Assembly (NCBI GenBank): GCA_964588985.1
Contig: CAZPQW010000006.1
Coordinates: 102,184-166,183 of the forward strand
Direction of reading: 5' to 3'
From: an uncultured Solirubrobacteraceae bacterium
GTDB lineage: Bacteria > Actinomycetota > Thermoleophilia > Solirubrobacterales > Solirubrobacteraceae
Length of the DNA: 64,000 bases
Program-made: the position numbers and the translations under genes
The notes under the pieces: model-generated
Seen by the model: the letters and a program-made list of their open reading frames with translations, nothing else
Told to the model about the DNA's origin: nothing
Database searches by the model: none
Part shown: one piece after another, positions 1-8,940 of the stretch
How positions within the stretch are numbered: the stretch's first letter is position 1
How the letters are laid out: every line of letters starts with the position of its first letter

Positions 1-255
1 AGCCTGCACGAGGGCGAAACAAAGCACCTGGACGTGGCGCCGGGAGCCCACGGTTTGCATTTGCGCATTGACTACTGCCGCAGTCAAAGCGTCAGGTTCG
101 AGGTTCAACCGGGGGAGATAGTCGAGTTTACGTGCCGGCCAAATGCACGGATGTGGACGGCGCCGTTTTTCCTGACCGTCGGCCGCACTCACTACCTGTC
201 GTTGCGGCGGATTCCCACCGCGGAGACACAGCGCCAGGATACGGGCCTATGCTAG
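1..255 (+). CDS. hypothetical protein, 5'-truncated by window edge
   Basis: Frame 1 is open from base 1 (SLHEGETKHLDVAPGAHGLHLRIDYCRSQSVRFEV...) to the stop at 255; beta-rich sequence. Confidence 0.55.
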   Translation, partial: SLHEGETKHLDVAPGAHGLHLRIDYCRSQSVRFEVQPGEIVEFTCRPNARMWTAPFFLTVGRTHYLSLRRIPTAETQRQDTGLC

Positions 256-419
256 TGCCCTATCGAGCAGTCGTGTTCGCCCTCGCGGTCGCATTTCTTG
301 TTTTCCTAGCGGCGCGCGGGAATCTCTGGGCGCTGGTGGTGCTTGTGGTGTTCGTCGGACTGTCGCTGGGCCAAGCGAAGCTCAGGCGCGACAGCCGTGA
401 TCGGGATCGCGGCCGGTAG
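249..419 (+). CDS. small membrane protein (2 TM helices)
   Basis: ATG at 249 overlaps the upstream ORF end; MLVPYRAVVFALAVAFLVFLAARGNLWALVVLVVFVGLSLG followed by a basic tail. Confidence 0.5.
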   Translation: MLVPYRAVVFALAVAFLVFLAARGNLWALVVLVVFVGLSLGQAKLRRDSRDRDRGR

Positions 420-730
420 CCGTACGGTTACTCGATCACACCGTCGCAGTCTCTCGGGGCGGCGAGATCCGGACTCGTGTTTACATGGACGTGTTTGGCT
501 TCGTCTCCGGCCCAACCGAATCAGTCTGACTGCCTTTGGTATCTCACGCCCGGTCCCATCCGCGACCGAGCGGCACCTCCTGCCGTTGCTGTTCAGCCGC
601 GCTCGAGAGCAAAACTCCAGCTTCTTTGCGGACTGAACCAGCGGGGCTGCAACCGGCGCAGTCGGAAGGACAGCTACGTCGACGCTGCGGCCGTCACGGA
701 CTTGCATACCTCCCCGGACGAACCTGAGTC

Positions 731-1027
731 CTAGGCCGCCTTCGCGGTCACCGCCTCACGTGAGCTCGCGCTCGAGCTGCGCCTGGTCGTCTGGCGCTGC
801 GCCGCCGGCTTCGCGGGGCGTCTGATCAGCGAGAAGTCCCAGCCGTCGGCGCCCTCGAAACCCTCGGCATCCTCCGCGTCTCCGATCGCCCAGGCGAGTC
901 GCTCGATCAACTGCGCGGCGGCATGCTCGGTGCTGAGGTGCACCGAGCTGACGCTCTCGCTGAGCAGCACCGGCGCGTCGCTTGACTGCGATGAAACGGG
1001 GTCGGCTGTGACGGTGATGCGCGGCAT
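731..1027 (-). CDS. hypothetical protein
   Basis: AAAGGAG RBS before ATG at 1027; MPRITVTADP...AAAQLIERLAWAIGDAE; coding-like GC3. Confidence 0.7.
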   Translation of the reverse strand: MPRITVTADPVSSQSSDAPVLLSESVSSVHLSTEHAAAQLIERLAWAIGDAEDAEGFEGADGWDFSLIRRPAKPAAQRQTTRRSSSASSREAVTAKAA

Positions 1028-1090
1028 GGGAAGCTCCTTTTGGTCTAGATGGGGCAGGTGGGTGAGGGTGATTTCCATCTAAATCTATCA

Positions 1091-1106
1091 AGATTATGCA
1101 TAATCT
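1091..1106. promoter_or_regulatory. perfect 16-bp AT-rich palindrome, putative operator between divergent genes
   Basis: AGATTATGCATAATCT equals its own reverse complement. Confidence 0.6.
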
Positions 1107-1152
1107 CAAGGGGGAGTCGAAATCGCCCACGCTCGCGTACCCTCCAGCGCCC

Positions 1153-1590
1153 GTGGCCGATAACTCCATCAGCACCAGGCCGAGTCCAGACGGCGAGCAC
1201 TCGTTCGACGGCGTCACGAGCTTCATCGGCATGCGCTGGGAGGACCCGCAGACGGTCCGCCTGCAGATTCGCCCGGAGCTGATGAACCGCGGTGGCCTGC
1301 TCTCGGGCGTGGTGACGTACGCGCTCGTGGACTACTGCATGGGCTCCACGTTGTGGGTGGAGACGACGAAGGACGAGCACATTGCGACGATCAACATCTC
1401 GATCAACTACATCCAGACCGCCACCGAGGGCGAGATCGTGTGCCGCTCGACGCTCGACCGGCGCAATCGCTCGAGCGCGGTGATGCGCAGTGAGATACAT
1501 CACGAGGACGGGCGATTGATGGTCACGGCGATCGGCAGCTACACGATCTTCCCCGCCCGCAAGCGGTTCACGACCCCGCCCGAGAGCTGA
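1153..1590 (+). CDS. PaaI family thioesterase (hot-dog fold)
   Basis: [22 protein letters not shown] and ATINISINY motifs; start placed at GTG 1153 after TACCCT (the ORF-track start at 1096 lies inside the palindrome). Confidence 0.85.
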   Translation: MADNSISTRPSPDGEHSFDGVTSFIGMRWEDPQTVRLQIRPELMNRGGLLSGVVTYALVDYCMGSTLWVETTKDEHIATINISINYIQTATEGEIVCRSTLDRRNRSSAVMRSEIHHEDGRLMVTAIGSYTIFPARKRFTTPPES

Positions 1591-2435
1591 CTCCCACCGC
1601 GCTCACCATCGCCGGCTCGGACTCCGGTGGCGGAGCCGGCATCCAGGCAGACCTGAAGGCGTTCGCGCGCTGCGGCGTGCACGGCACTAGCGCGATCACC
1701 GCGATCACCGCGCAGAACACGCGCGAGGTTCGAGCGATCCACCCGGTGCCGCCGGAGATGGTGCTCGCGCAGGTACGCGCGGTGCTCGCAGACATCCGCG
1801 TCGACGCCGTCAAGGTGGGCATGCTCGCGAGCGCGGAGATCGCACTCGCCGTCGCCGAGGCGCTCGACGAGCTGCCCGCAGGCACGCCGGTGGTGGTCGA
1901 CCCGGTGATGGTCGCCGAGTCCGGGGCGCGGCTGCTCGCGCCCGAGGCGCAGCGAGCGCTGATCGAGCAGATCCTGCCGCGTGCGAGCGTGCTCACGCCG
2001 AACCTGCCCGAGGCGCGCGTGCTGGCTGGCGCACCCACACCGACGGCGGACGCTGATCGGGCAGAGCCGTCGGCCGAGGAGGAAGAGGAGGAAGCGCAGC
2101 GGCTCGCTCGGGCTGTGCTCGCGCTCGGCCCGCATGTCGTCGTGCTCACCGGCGGGCACCGTGTGCGCACCGCGGACCTCTTCCTCGACTCCGCCGGAGA
2201 CGGCTCGATCGTGAGTATCGACGGGGAGCGCCACCCCGACGGCGCCGCTCACGGCTCCGGCTGCACCCACTCCTCGGTGCTCGCCGCCCAGCTCGCGCTC
2301 GGCCGCACGCCCCTGGAGGCCGCGCGCACGGCTCGCACCCTCGCCGGTGAGGCGGTGGCGCGCGGACTGCGAGACATCGGCGCGGGCGCCGGGCCCGTCG
2401 ATGTGCTCTACCTCGAGCGCATGCGCCGCAACTGA
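1587..2435 (+). CDS. thiD: hydroxymethylpyrimidine/phosphomethylpyrimidine kinase
   Basis: [20 protein letters not shown] (in frame upstream of the ORF-track start), VKVGML, DPVM, TPNLPEA, HGSGCT; probable CTG start at 1587. Confidence 0.95.
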   Translation: MTPTALTIAGSDSGGGAGIQADLKAFARCGVHGTSAITAITAQNTREVRAIHPVPPEMVLAQVRAVLADIRVDAVKVGMLASAEIALAVAEALDELPAGTPVVVDPVMVAESGARLLAPEAQRALIEQILPRASVLTPNLPEARVLAGAPTPTADADRAEPSAEEEEEEAQRLARAVLALGPHVVVLTGGHRVRTADLFLDSAGDGSIVSIDGERHPDGAAHGSGCTHSSVLAAQLALGRTPLEAARTARTLAGEAVARGLRDIGAGAGPVDVLYLERMRRN

Positions 2436-2474
2436 GCTGAGCGGTGCCATTCGTTTGCCATAATCGGAAGGGCG

Positions 2475-2738
2475 ATGAAGCTCCTGCGTATGAAGCCCGG
2501 TCATGGCGAGATCGTCCTCGCCGAGGGCGACGTGGAGGTGCCCGAGCAGGAGGCGGAGCTGATCGAGGCGTTTCGCCGCGAGCTCGACGCGGGAATGTGG
2601 GCCGCCGTCCCCACCGAGGCGCCCGGCGGGCGCCGCGAGGCCGAGCTGGTGAAGAGCTTCGCCGAGGTTCCCAGGGACGCCGAGCGCGTGATCTTCTTTC
2701 CGCGGGCCGCCGGCGGCGCGCCCCAGCCGACGCTCTAG
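2475..2738 (+). CDS. small hypothetical protein with a ubiquitin/sulfur-carrier-like FFPRAAGG motif near the C-terminus
   Basis: 87 aa with coding-like codon usage; TG-c-CATAAT extended -10 just upstream; ends VIFFPRAAGG-APQPTL. Confidence 0.8.
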   Translation: MKLLRMKPGHGEIVLAEGDVEVPEQEAELIEAFRRELDAGMWAAVPTEAPGGRREAELVKSFAEVPRDAERVIFFPRAAGGAPQPTL

Positions 2739-2743
2739 AGCCG

Positions 2744-3349
2744 ATGGCGCTCGGACTCGCCACCGCCGCGATCGTGCTCGTGGTGCTCGCATGGGAGCTC
2801 GCGCGTCCCACGCTCAAGCGCATCCTCGCGCGTGTGACCGCGCTGTGGGCCGCATACCGGCGCGGATCCCCGCCGGCCGGGTATGACCCCGGGCGCGAGC
2901 GTCGCGCCGAGCAGCGCGCCCGCGAGCTGCTGCGCTCGTGCGTCGACGATCGCGACTGGGCGATGTATCGCGACCTTGGGTTCCTGCGGGTGTGGGGCGG
3001 GCTCGGCGCGCGCGGCGGCGAGCCGGACGCCCCATACGCCTACCTGATCTACCCCCACAAGCCGATCGTGGCCTACGTCCCCGACACCGGGGAGCTGCTC
3101 AACGAGTACTGCGTAGCGTTCCCAGACCACACCAGGCCTTTCGGCAGCGCCCGCCTGCCGGGCTCCGACGACGTGCTCGCGAAGTGGATGGCGCTGAGCG
3201 CCGACGAGCGCCGGTTGATCGGCGAGGCGAACATGCACCTGCCCGGCCGCCAGGTCGATCCCGACAGGGTCCGCCGCGACCTCGCGCGGCTCGCCGCGTG
3301 GGAGCGCGCGCAGAGCAGCCACGAGGCCGGTAGTGTGCGCGCCGCGTGA
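2744..3349 (+). CDS. membrane-anchored hypothetical protein
   Basis: N-terminal TM helix; [33 protein letters not shown]; stop overlaps the ilvD start (GTGA). Confidence 0.8.
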   Translation: MALGLATAAIVLVVLAWELARPTLKRILARVTALWAAYRRGSPPAGYDPGRERRAEQRARELLRSCVDDRDWAMYRDLGFLRVWGGLGARGGEPDAPYAYLIYPHKPIVAYVPDTGELLNEYCVAFPDHTRPFGSARLPGSDDVLAKWMALSADERRLIGEANMHLPGRQVDPDRVRRDLARLAAWERAQSSHEAGSVRAA

Positions 3350-5040
3350 GCACCAACGAGCAGACCTTTGACGTAAGGCACAGAAGCCGCGCTCTCACCG
3401 AGGGGCCCGAGCGCGCGGCCGCGCGCTCCTACCTGCACGGAATCGGCTACTCCGCCGAGGACCTCGCGAAGCCGATCGTCGGCGTGGCGCACTCGTGGAT
3501 CGAGACGATGCCGTGCAACTTCAACAACCGCGTGCTCGCCGCGAAGGTCAAGGACGGGATTCGCAAAGCGGGCGGCACGCCGATGGAGCTCAACACGATC
3601 GCGATCTCCGACGGCATCACGATGGGCACCGCGGGCATGCGCGCGTCGCTCGTCTCGCGCGAGCTGATCGCCGACTCGATCGAGCTGGTCGCCTCCGCGC
3701 ACGCGTTCGACGCGATCGTGACGATCTCCGGCTGCGACAAGACGATCCCCGGCACCGTGATGGCGCTCGCGCGCCTGAACATCCCCTCGCTGATGCTCTA
3801 CGGCGGCTCGATCCGCCCCGGCCGCTACAAGGGCCAGGAGGTCACCATCCAGCAGGTCTTCGAGGCCGTCGGCGCCTACGCCGCGGGCAAGATCACCGAG
3901 GAGGAACTGCACGAGCTCGAGGAGGCCGCCTCGCCCGGCGCGGGCGCCTGTGGCGGCCAGTTCACCGCGAACACCATGGCGATGGCCTTCGAGGTGCTCG
4001 GCATCTCGCCCGCCGGCTCGGCGATGGTGCCCGCCGAGGACGGCCGCAAGCTCAAGGTGGCCGTGCAGGTCGGAGAACTGGTGATGGACGTGCTGCGTCG
4101 CGGTCAGCTCCCGAGCGACATCATCACCAAAGACGCGCTCGAGAACGCGATCGCCGCGGCAGCGATGAGCGGCGGCTCCACCAACGTCGTGCTGCACCTG
4201 CTGGCGGTGGCCAAGGAAATGGGCGTGCCGCTGAGCATCGACGAGTTCGACCCGATCTCCGAGCGCACGCCGCTGCTTTGCGACCTGCAGCCCGGCGGGA
4301 AATACGTCGCAACAGATCTCTACGAGGCGGGCGGCGTGCCGCTGGTGCTCAAGCGAATGGCCGAAGTGGGCGTGCTCAACGCCGACGCCCAGACCGTCAC
4401 CGGCCGCACAATTGGTGAACATGCCGCCGAGGCCACAGAGACGGACGGTCAGCGCGTGGTGCGCCCGCCGAGCGAAGCGCTCAAACCGACCGGCGGCTTC
4501 GCGATCCTGCGCGGCAACATCGCCCCGGACGGCTGCGTGGTGAAGCTCTCAGGCCACGAGCGGCGCGCCCACACCGGACCCGCACGCGTGTTCGACGGCG
4601 AGGAGGCCGCGATGGCGGCGGTGCTCGCCAAAGAGATCAAGGCCGGCGACGTGGTCGTGATCCGCGGCGAGGGACCCGCGGGCGGTCCGGGTATGCGCGA
4701 GATGCTCGCGGTCACCGCGGCGATCGTCGGCGAGGGGCTGGGGGAGACGGTGGCGCTGATCACCGACGGGCGCTTCTCCGGCGCCACCTACGGCTTCATG
4801 GTCGCCCACGTCGCACCCGAGGCCGTCAGGGGCGGCCCGATCGGCGCGCTCGCAAGCGGCGACGAGGTGACCGTCGACGTCGACTCCCGTAGGCTCGACG
4901 TGGCGCTCAGCGACGAGCAGATCGCCGAGCGCCTGAGCGCCTACAAGCCTGGGGCGCGCGCGGACGAACACGTGGACGTGGCGATCCAGAAGTACGCCAA
5001 GCTCGTCGGCAGCGCCGCCGACGGCGCCGTCACCAGCTGA
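3346..5040 (+). CDS. ilvD: dihydroxy-acid dehydratase
   Basis: [49 protein letters not shown]. Confidence 0.97.
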   Translation: MSTNEQTFDVRHRSRALTEGPERAAARSYLHGIGYSAEDLAKPIVGVAHSWIETMPCNFNNRVLAAKVKDGIRKAGGTPMELNTIAISDGITMGTAGMRASLVSRELIADSIELVASAHAFDAIVTISGCDKTIPGTVMALARLNIPSLMLYGGSIRPGRYKGQEVTIQQVFEAVGAYAAGKITEEELHELEEAASPGAGACGGQFTANTMAMAFEVLGISPAGSAMVPAEDGRKLKVAVQVGELVMDVLRRGQLPSDIITKDALENAIAAAAMSGGSTNVVLHLLAVAKEMGVPLSIDEFDPISERTPLLCDLQPGGKYVATDLYEAGGVPLVLKRMAEVGVLNADAQTVTGRTIGEHAAEATETDGQRVVRPPSEALKPTGGFAILRGNIAPDGCVVKLSGHERRAHTGPARVFDGEEAAMAAVLAKEIKAGDVVVIRGEGPAGGPGMREMLAVTAAIVGEGLGETVALITDGRFSGATYGFMVAHVAPEAVRGGPIGALASGDEVTVDVDSRRLDVALSDEQIAERLSAYKPGARADEHVDVAIQKYAKLVGSAADGAVTS

Positions 5041-5055
5041 GAAGAGGGGCCGCCG

Positions 5056-6006
5056 CTACTCGGCGAGGAAGTCGCGCAGCAGCGCGTTGAACGCCGCCGG
5101 GCGCTCGAGCATCGCCATATGGCCGGTGTCCTCGAAGATCACCTTGCGTGAGTCGGGGATCATCTCCGCGAACACGTCAGCGTCCTTCACCGGGATCAGG
5201 CGGTCGCGGTCTCCCCACGCGATCAGAGTGGGACAGACGATCTCCGGCAGGCGCTCGAGCACCGCGTAGCCGATCGTCGCGTGCAGCGCCTGCATGAACC
5301 CCGGCTTGCCAGCTCCGCGGATCTGCTCCGCGGCAAGCGCCGCGGGCAGCCGGCTGGGGTGGCGGACGACCACGTTCAGAGCGGCGTCGCGCAGACGCGA
5401 GCGGCTGGCGAGCAGGTCGGATTTGGATGCGGCCCACGCGCCGCTCATCTCGAGGATCCGCTCTGCGCGGCGCAGCGCCGGCGCCACACGCATCACGTCG
5501 CGGTTTTCGTGCGTTGAGATGCCGGCCGCCGAGATCAGCACGAGACGCTCCACGCGCTGTGGAAAGGCGATCGCGAGCTCCGCGCCGATGAAGCCGCCCA
5601 TCGAGTTGCCCACGACCGCGGCCGCGTCGATCTCGAGCTGGTCGCAGAGCCCATCCAGCAGGCGCGCGTAGCGGGAGATCGAGATCTCACCGTCGGGCAT
5701 CGGCGATGAGCCGAAGCCGGGCAGGTCGAGCGTGATCACGCGATGGTCGGTGGCGAGCACAGACAGCTGCTCGAGCCAGTTCGCCCAGCAGCCCGAGAGG
5801 CCGTGGATGAAGATGAGCGTCTGCGTGGCCCGCGCGTTCTCGGCGCCGAGCTCGATCGTGTTCACCCTCTGGCCGTCCACGACCCGCCAGCGCTGGTGCT
5901 CGCGCCAATCCACATCCAGCCACGGCGAGCGTCCCACCGGCCCGTACGCGGCGGCCTCGCCGGCGGGAATCCGGGTCCCGGGGTCGGTCGAAGACGGCGA
6001 GCTCAC
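5056..6006 (-). CDS. alpha/beta fold hydrolase
   Basis: FIHGL, DLPGFG, GNSMGG nucleophile elbow, WGDRD, TGH. Confidence 0.92.
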   Translation of the reverse strand: MSSPSSTDPGTRIPAGEAAAYGPVGRSPWLDVDWREHQRWRVVDGQRVNTIELGAENARATQTLIFIHGLSGCWANWLEQLSVLATDHRVITLDLPGFGSSPMPDGEISISRYARLLDGLCDQLEIDAAAVVGNSMGGFIGAELAIAFPQRVERLVLISAAGISTHENRDVMRVAPALRRAERILEMSGAWAASKSDLLASRSRLRDAALNVVVRHPSRLPAALAAEQIRGAGKPGFMQALHATIGYAVLERLPEIVCPTLIAWGDRDRLIPVKDADVFAEMIPDSRKVIFEDTGHMAMLERPAAFNALLRDFLAE

Positions 6007-6120
6007 GCCGTTGAATCTACTCCAGAGGCGATAATCCCGAGGATGTCAAGCCTTCCGGCCAGCCGAGCGTCGCGTCCAGCAGGCAGGCAGAGACGCCGCG
6101 GCGGCGAAGTACGCCAGGCG

Positions 6121-7077
6121 ATGAGCACGCGAACACAGCCTCACGTCGAGACGGCCAAGCCGGCGGAGGGACTCTCCGGTCGCTGGGCGCAGGCGATCTC
6201 GCTGCTCGGAGAGGACATGCGCAGGCGAGACAGCGCTGAGCGCACGCGCCACGCCTACGGCACCGACCTGCGTCAGTTCGCCGACTGGGCGAACGAGCAG
6301 GGCCTCGCGCCCGAGGACGTCGGCCCGAAGACGGTGCGCCGCTACGTCGCACGCCTGTCGGAGCAGGGCGCCGCGCCGAGCACCTCCGCACGCAAGCTCG
6401 CCGCGCTGCGCGCGCTCTTCTCGAGCCAGCGCGAGCACGGATACGTCACCCAGAACCCCGCCGACCTTGTCTCCACCCCCAGGCGCGCCGACCACCTGCC
6501 GCGCGTGCTCACCGCGCGCGAGGCCGCACGGCTGCTCGACGGCATCCCCACATCGGGGCCTTTGGACCTGCGCGACCGCGCGATCTTCGAGCTCGCGTAC
6601 TCGTGCGGTCTGCGCGCCGAGGAGATCGTCTCGCTGCGCATCGGCGACGTGGACCACGACGCGGAGCAACTGCGGGTCGAGGGCAAGGGGCGCAAGACCC
6701 GTTTCGTGCCCGTCGGCGAGCCGGCGCTCAAGGCGGTCGCGCAATACCTCGATCGTGGCCGTCACGCGCACGCCGAGCCGCACGCCGGCTCCGGCGCCAC
6801 ACAGGCGCTGTTCCTCAGCAAGACCGGTCGCCCGCTCGGCACGAGCGACATACGACGCAGGCTGCGGATGTGGATAACGCGCACCGGCGCAGGTCATGGC
6901 GCCTCACCGCACGCGCTGCGCCACAGCTTCGCAACGCACCTCCTGGATGGCGGCGCGGACCTGCGCTCGATCCAGGAGCTCCTCGGGCACGCGAACGTGT
7001 CGAGCACCCAGATTTACACTCGGGTAGAGTCCGCCAGGCTGAGAAGCGCGTATGCGCGCAGTCACCCTCGGGCCTAA
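6121..7077 (+). CDS. xerC: tyrosine recombinase XerC/XerD family
   Basis: RDRAIFELAYSCGLR, GKGRKTR, PHALRHSFATHLLDGGADLRSIQELLGH, STQIYT. Confidence 0.9.
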   Translation: MSTRTQPHVETAKPAEGLSGRWAQAISLLGEDMRRRDSAERTRHAYGTDLRQFADWANEQGLAPEDVGPKTVRRYVARLSEQGAAPSTSARKLAALRALFSSQREHGYVTQNPADLVSTPRRADHLPRVLTAREAARLLDGIPTSGPLDLRDRAIFELAYSCGLRAEEIVSLRIGDVDHDAEQLRVEGKGRKTRFVPVGEPALKAVAQYLDRGRHAHAEPHAGSGATQALFLSKTGRPLGTSDIRRRLRMWITRTGAGHGASPHALRHSFATHLLDGGADLRSIQELLGHANVSSTQIYTRVESARLRSAYARSHPRA

Positions 7078-7094
7078 ACAGGGGGGATGGAGCC

Positions 7095-7880
7095 CTGGAG
7101 ACCAACGTCAAACCGATCGAGCTGCGCGAACTGTGGCGGCGTTATAAGAACGATGGAGACACTCGCGTTCGCGAGCGGCTGGTCGTCGCCTACTCGCCGC
7201 TGGTCAAGTACGTAGCGGGCCGCACCGCCGCGGGGCTGCCCCCGCACGTGGAGGAGGCCGACCTGATCTCCTACGGTCTCGTGGGGCTGATCTCGGCGAT
7301 CGAGCGCTTCGACCTGTCGCGGGACATCAAGTTCGAGACCTACGCGATCATGCGCATCAAGGGCGCGATCATCGACGAGCTGCGCTCGCTCGACTGGGTT
7401 CCGCGCAGCGTACGCGCCCGTGCCCGCGAGGTCGAGCGGGCCAACGCGAAGCTCGAGCACACGCTGCAGCGCGCCCCCACCGACGCGGAGATAGCCGCGG
7501 AGATGGGGATCACGGTCGAGGAACTCAACGATTCGCTGCTCGCGATCTCGCACTCCTCGATCGTCGCCCTGGACGAGCTGTGGAGCGTGTCGGACTCCAG
7601 CGGCGACCAGGTTTCGCTGATGGACACCATCGAGGACCCGGGCGCGCCGGACCCGGCGAAGGCGCTTGACCTCGGCGACCTGAAGGACAGGATCGCGGAC
7701 TCGATCGCGAAGCTGCCCGAGCGGGAGAAGCTCGTGATCGCGCTCTACTACTACGAGAACCTGACGCTTCGAGAGATCGGCGAGGTGCTCGGCGTGACCG
7801 AGTCGCGCGTCTCCCAGATGCACACAAAGGCTGTACTGCGGCTGCGGTCACGCATGCAAGAGGAGTCCTTCGACGACTGA
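7095..7880 (+). CDS. whiG: FliA/WhiG family RNA polymerase sigma factor
   Basis: LVKYVAGR, DLISYG, KFETYA, IIDELRSLDWVPRS, LYYYENLTLREIGEVLGVTESRVSQ; likely CTG start after a purine-rich RBS. Confidence 0.93.
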   Translation: METNVKPIELRELWRRYKNDGDTRVRERLVVAYSPLVKYVAGRTAAGLPPHVEEADLISYGLVGLISAIERFDLSRDIKFETYAIMRIKGAIIDELRSLDWVPRSVRARAREVERANAKLEHTLQRAPTDAEIAAEMGITVEELNDSLLAISHSSIVALDELWSVSDSSGDQVSLMDTIEDPGAPDPAKALDLGDLKDRIADSIAKLPEREKLVIALYYYENLTLREIGEVLGVTESRVSQMHTKAVLRLRSRMQEESFDD

Positions 7881-7903
7881 CGTCCGATAGCCGGCGCCAT
7901 ACG

Positions 7904-7987
7904 GCGTCCTGCGGCGCCGGCCCGGTCGCGATCGCTCGTGTGCAGAGCACACTTCGCTCTCTGCGTCCTGCGGCGCCGGCCCGGTCG
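7904..7987. repeat. 25-bp perfect direct repeat pair enclosing a 34-bp hairpin-containing spacer (REP/MITE-like)
   Basis: GCGTCCTGCGGCGCCGGCCCGGTCG at 7904-7928 and 7963-7987; spacer contains GTGTGC-AGA-GCACAC. Confidence 0.8.
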
Positions 7988-8076
7988 TGTCTGGCTTGGC
8001 TCTCGAACGTCAGTTGACTGTCCAGTCCGCTCTCCCGCAGAGCGTGTCGGCCTCTGTCCGGTACCCTCCTAGGCCG

Positions 8077-8862
8077 ATGGCCACGCGTACGATCGTCACC
8101 TCACAGCCCGACGTGTCCTGCGACGTGTGCGAGCGCCGGCTGTTGCGCGGCGAGCAGCCGGACGTATTCATCGCCGCCGGACGCCGCCGGACCGTGTGCG
8201 AGCTGTGCGCTCCGAGGGCCGCGCACGAGGGCTGGATGCGCGAGAGCGACAGCCATGCGCTGAAGCTGCCGCCGATGCGCGCCCGTCGTGGGCGCAGCCT
8301 GATCGACCGCCTGCGCCAGGTCGGCAAGCCCGGCGAGGTCGTGGGCGCCGAGCCTTCCTCGGAGGTCGCCGCCGAGATCGAGCCAGATTCCTACGTCGAG
8401 CCCCAGCCCTACGACTTCCTCGACGGCTACGAGCGCACCGGCGCAGACCCCGTGCCAGCACGTGGGCGCGACGACGCGTATGCGCAGGCTGAATACGAGC
8501 AGGAGCCCGAGCAGCACTACGCGGCGAGCGTGGACACGGTCCAGGAGCGCTACGAGTACGGCTCCTATGTCGAACCGGCGGTCGACGTGTTCAACGCGAG
8601 CGAGTTCCCACGGCGGCTGGCGGGCGTGGCTCGCTCGCTGGGCGAGCCCACGATCAACGTCCGCTCGGCCGAGCACCTCGACAGCGTGGTCAGGATCATG
8701 GTCGCGTGGGAGCTGTGCTGGTACCGCTACGAGGTCGACCTCAGCGAAGCCGGCGCCGAGACCCGGATCGTCGCTCAGGGCACAGAGCTGGACGAAATAG
8801 CGCGCGAGGAGCGGGTCGGGAATGCCGTGGCCGACGACTCGGGCACGCTGACGCTCCTCTAA
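8077..8862 (+). CDS. hypothetical protein with an N-terminal CxxC...CxxC zinc-ribbon-like motif
   Basis: SCDVC and VCELC; acidic linker; C-terminal AWELCWYRYEVDL domain; TACCCT -10 upstream. Confidence 0.75.
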   Translation: MATRTIVTSQPDVSCDVCERRLLRGEQPDVFIAAGRRRTVCELCAPRAAHEGWMRESDSHALKLPPMRARRGRSLIDRLRQVGKPGEVVGAEPSSEVAAEIEPDSYVEPQPYDFLDGYERTGADPVPARGRDDAYAQAEYEQEPEQHYAASVDTVQERYEYGSYVEPAVDVFNASEFPRRLAGVARSLGEPTINVRSAEHLDSVVRIMVAWELCWYRYEVDLSEAGAETRIVAQGTELDEIAREERVGNAVADDSGTLTLL

Positions 8863-8940
8863 CCAGGGAAAACACGCCGTTGTGAAGGATTGGTGTGCAC
8901 CCTTGCTTATTGGCCCATGCGGAGTAAGATCCGCAACCAG

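Noticed and set aside
306-734. Track ORFs 306-707(-), 343-636(+), 477-734(+), 536-727(+) as genes
   Set aside because: No RBS or promoter support, no motifs and weak codon bias
1040-1590. TPP riboswitch upstream of thiD
   Set aside because: No CTGAGA...ACCTG...GGGA core visible; thiD is coupled directly to the thioesterase gene
6121-7077. Tyrosine recombinase as a prophage/ICE integrase
   Set aside because: Typical XerC/D motifs and size, core codon usage, housekeeping neighbour whiG, no phage genes or att sites
7904-7987. Possible minimal CRISPR array (25-bp repeats, 34-bp spacer)
   Set aside because: Only two repeats, the spacer is itself a hairpin, and there is no AT-rich leader or cas gene in the window; kept as a REP/MITE-like repeat
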